63,762 nt of DNA. Origin: a virus (taxonomy: Duplodnaviria > Heunggongvirae > Uroviricota > Caudoviricetes). Positions 63,722 to 63,762 of this stretch are shown one piece after another. Each line of letters opens with the position of its first letter. The stretch's first letter is position 1. The position numbers were made by a program, and so were the translations under genes. Below the pieces are notes generated by a model, which saw only the letters and a program-made list of their open reading frames with translations, ran no database searches and was not told the origin of the DNA. The stretch lies in the IMG/VR virus record IMGVR_UViG_2571042862_000001, one strand, 5' to 3'.

Positions 63722-63762
63722 TGATTTTTATGCGCTGCTGGACGTAAACTCCTCTTCGGACC

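Overview
This window looks like a large, nearly colinear segment of a P1-like plasmid-prophage (enterobacterial myovirus that replicates as a unit-copy plasmid). Reading left to right: tail fibre and baseplate/tail genes including the Sit tape-measure-like protein with a lytic transglycosylase domain (1-9.8 kb, minus strand); an AT-rich trio of small secreted proteins (sim-like); the immI module (C1 operator, c4 region, icd, ant) followed by kilA-repL; an OmpX/Ail/Lom-family outer-membrane protein; a head/sheath/tail block (15.9-22 kb); the plasmid core parS-parB-parA, incA iterons, repA, incC iterons and oriR; a spanin-like pair; hrdC (RdgC homologue); a fused Dcm-Dam methyltransferase (dmt); a phage tRNA cluster with TerB-like tci genes; ban (DnaB-type helicase); a second baseplate operon; a long rightward operon of small accessory genes (VRR-NUC, MptE-like paralogues, Ppp phosphatase, HAD phosphatase, Ead-like paralogues, DUF551, theta homologue hot); LexA-box-humD; phd-doc; lpa; pacA (with the pac hexamer repeats) and pacB; and c1/coi with upstream operators. 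About 14 copies of the 17-bp C1 operator motif ATTGCTCTAATAAATTT mark the operon starts. No integrase, transposase, rRNA or CRISPR array was seen. The most notable deviations from a plain P1-type backbone are (i) a 341-codon intein with a LAGLIDADG homing-endonuclease domain splitting the catalytic PCQ motif of dmt, (ii) a free-standing T5orf172/GIY-YIG-like gene between the incA iterons and parA, and (iii) a tRNA region with a putative extra tRNA-Tyr and tRNA-like remnants. All calls rest on reading the sequence and recalled family motifs; no database search was run, and gene names are given only where motif plus synteny agree.
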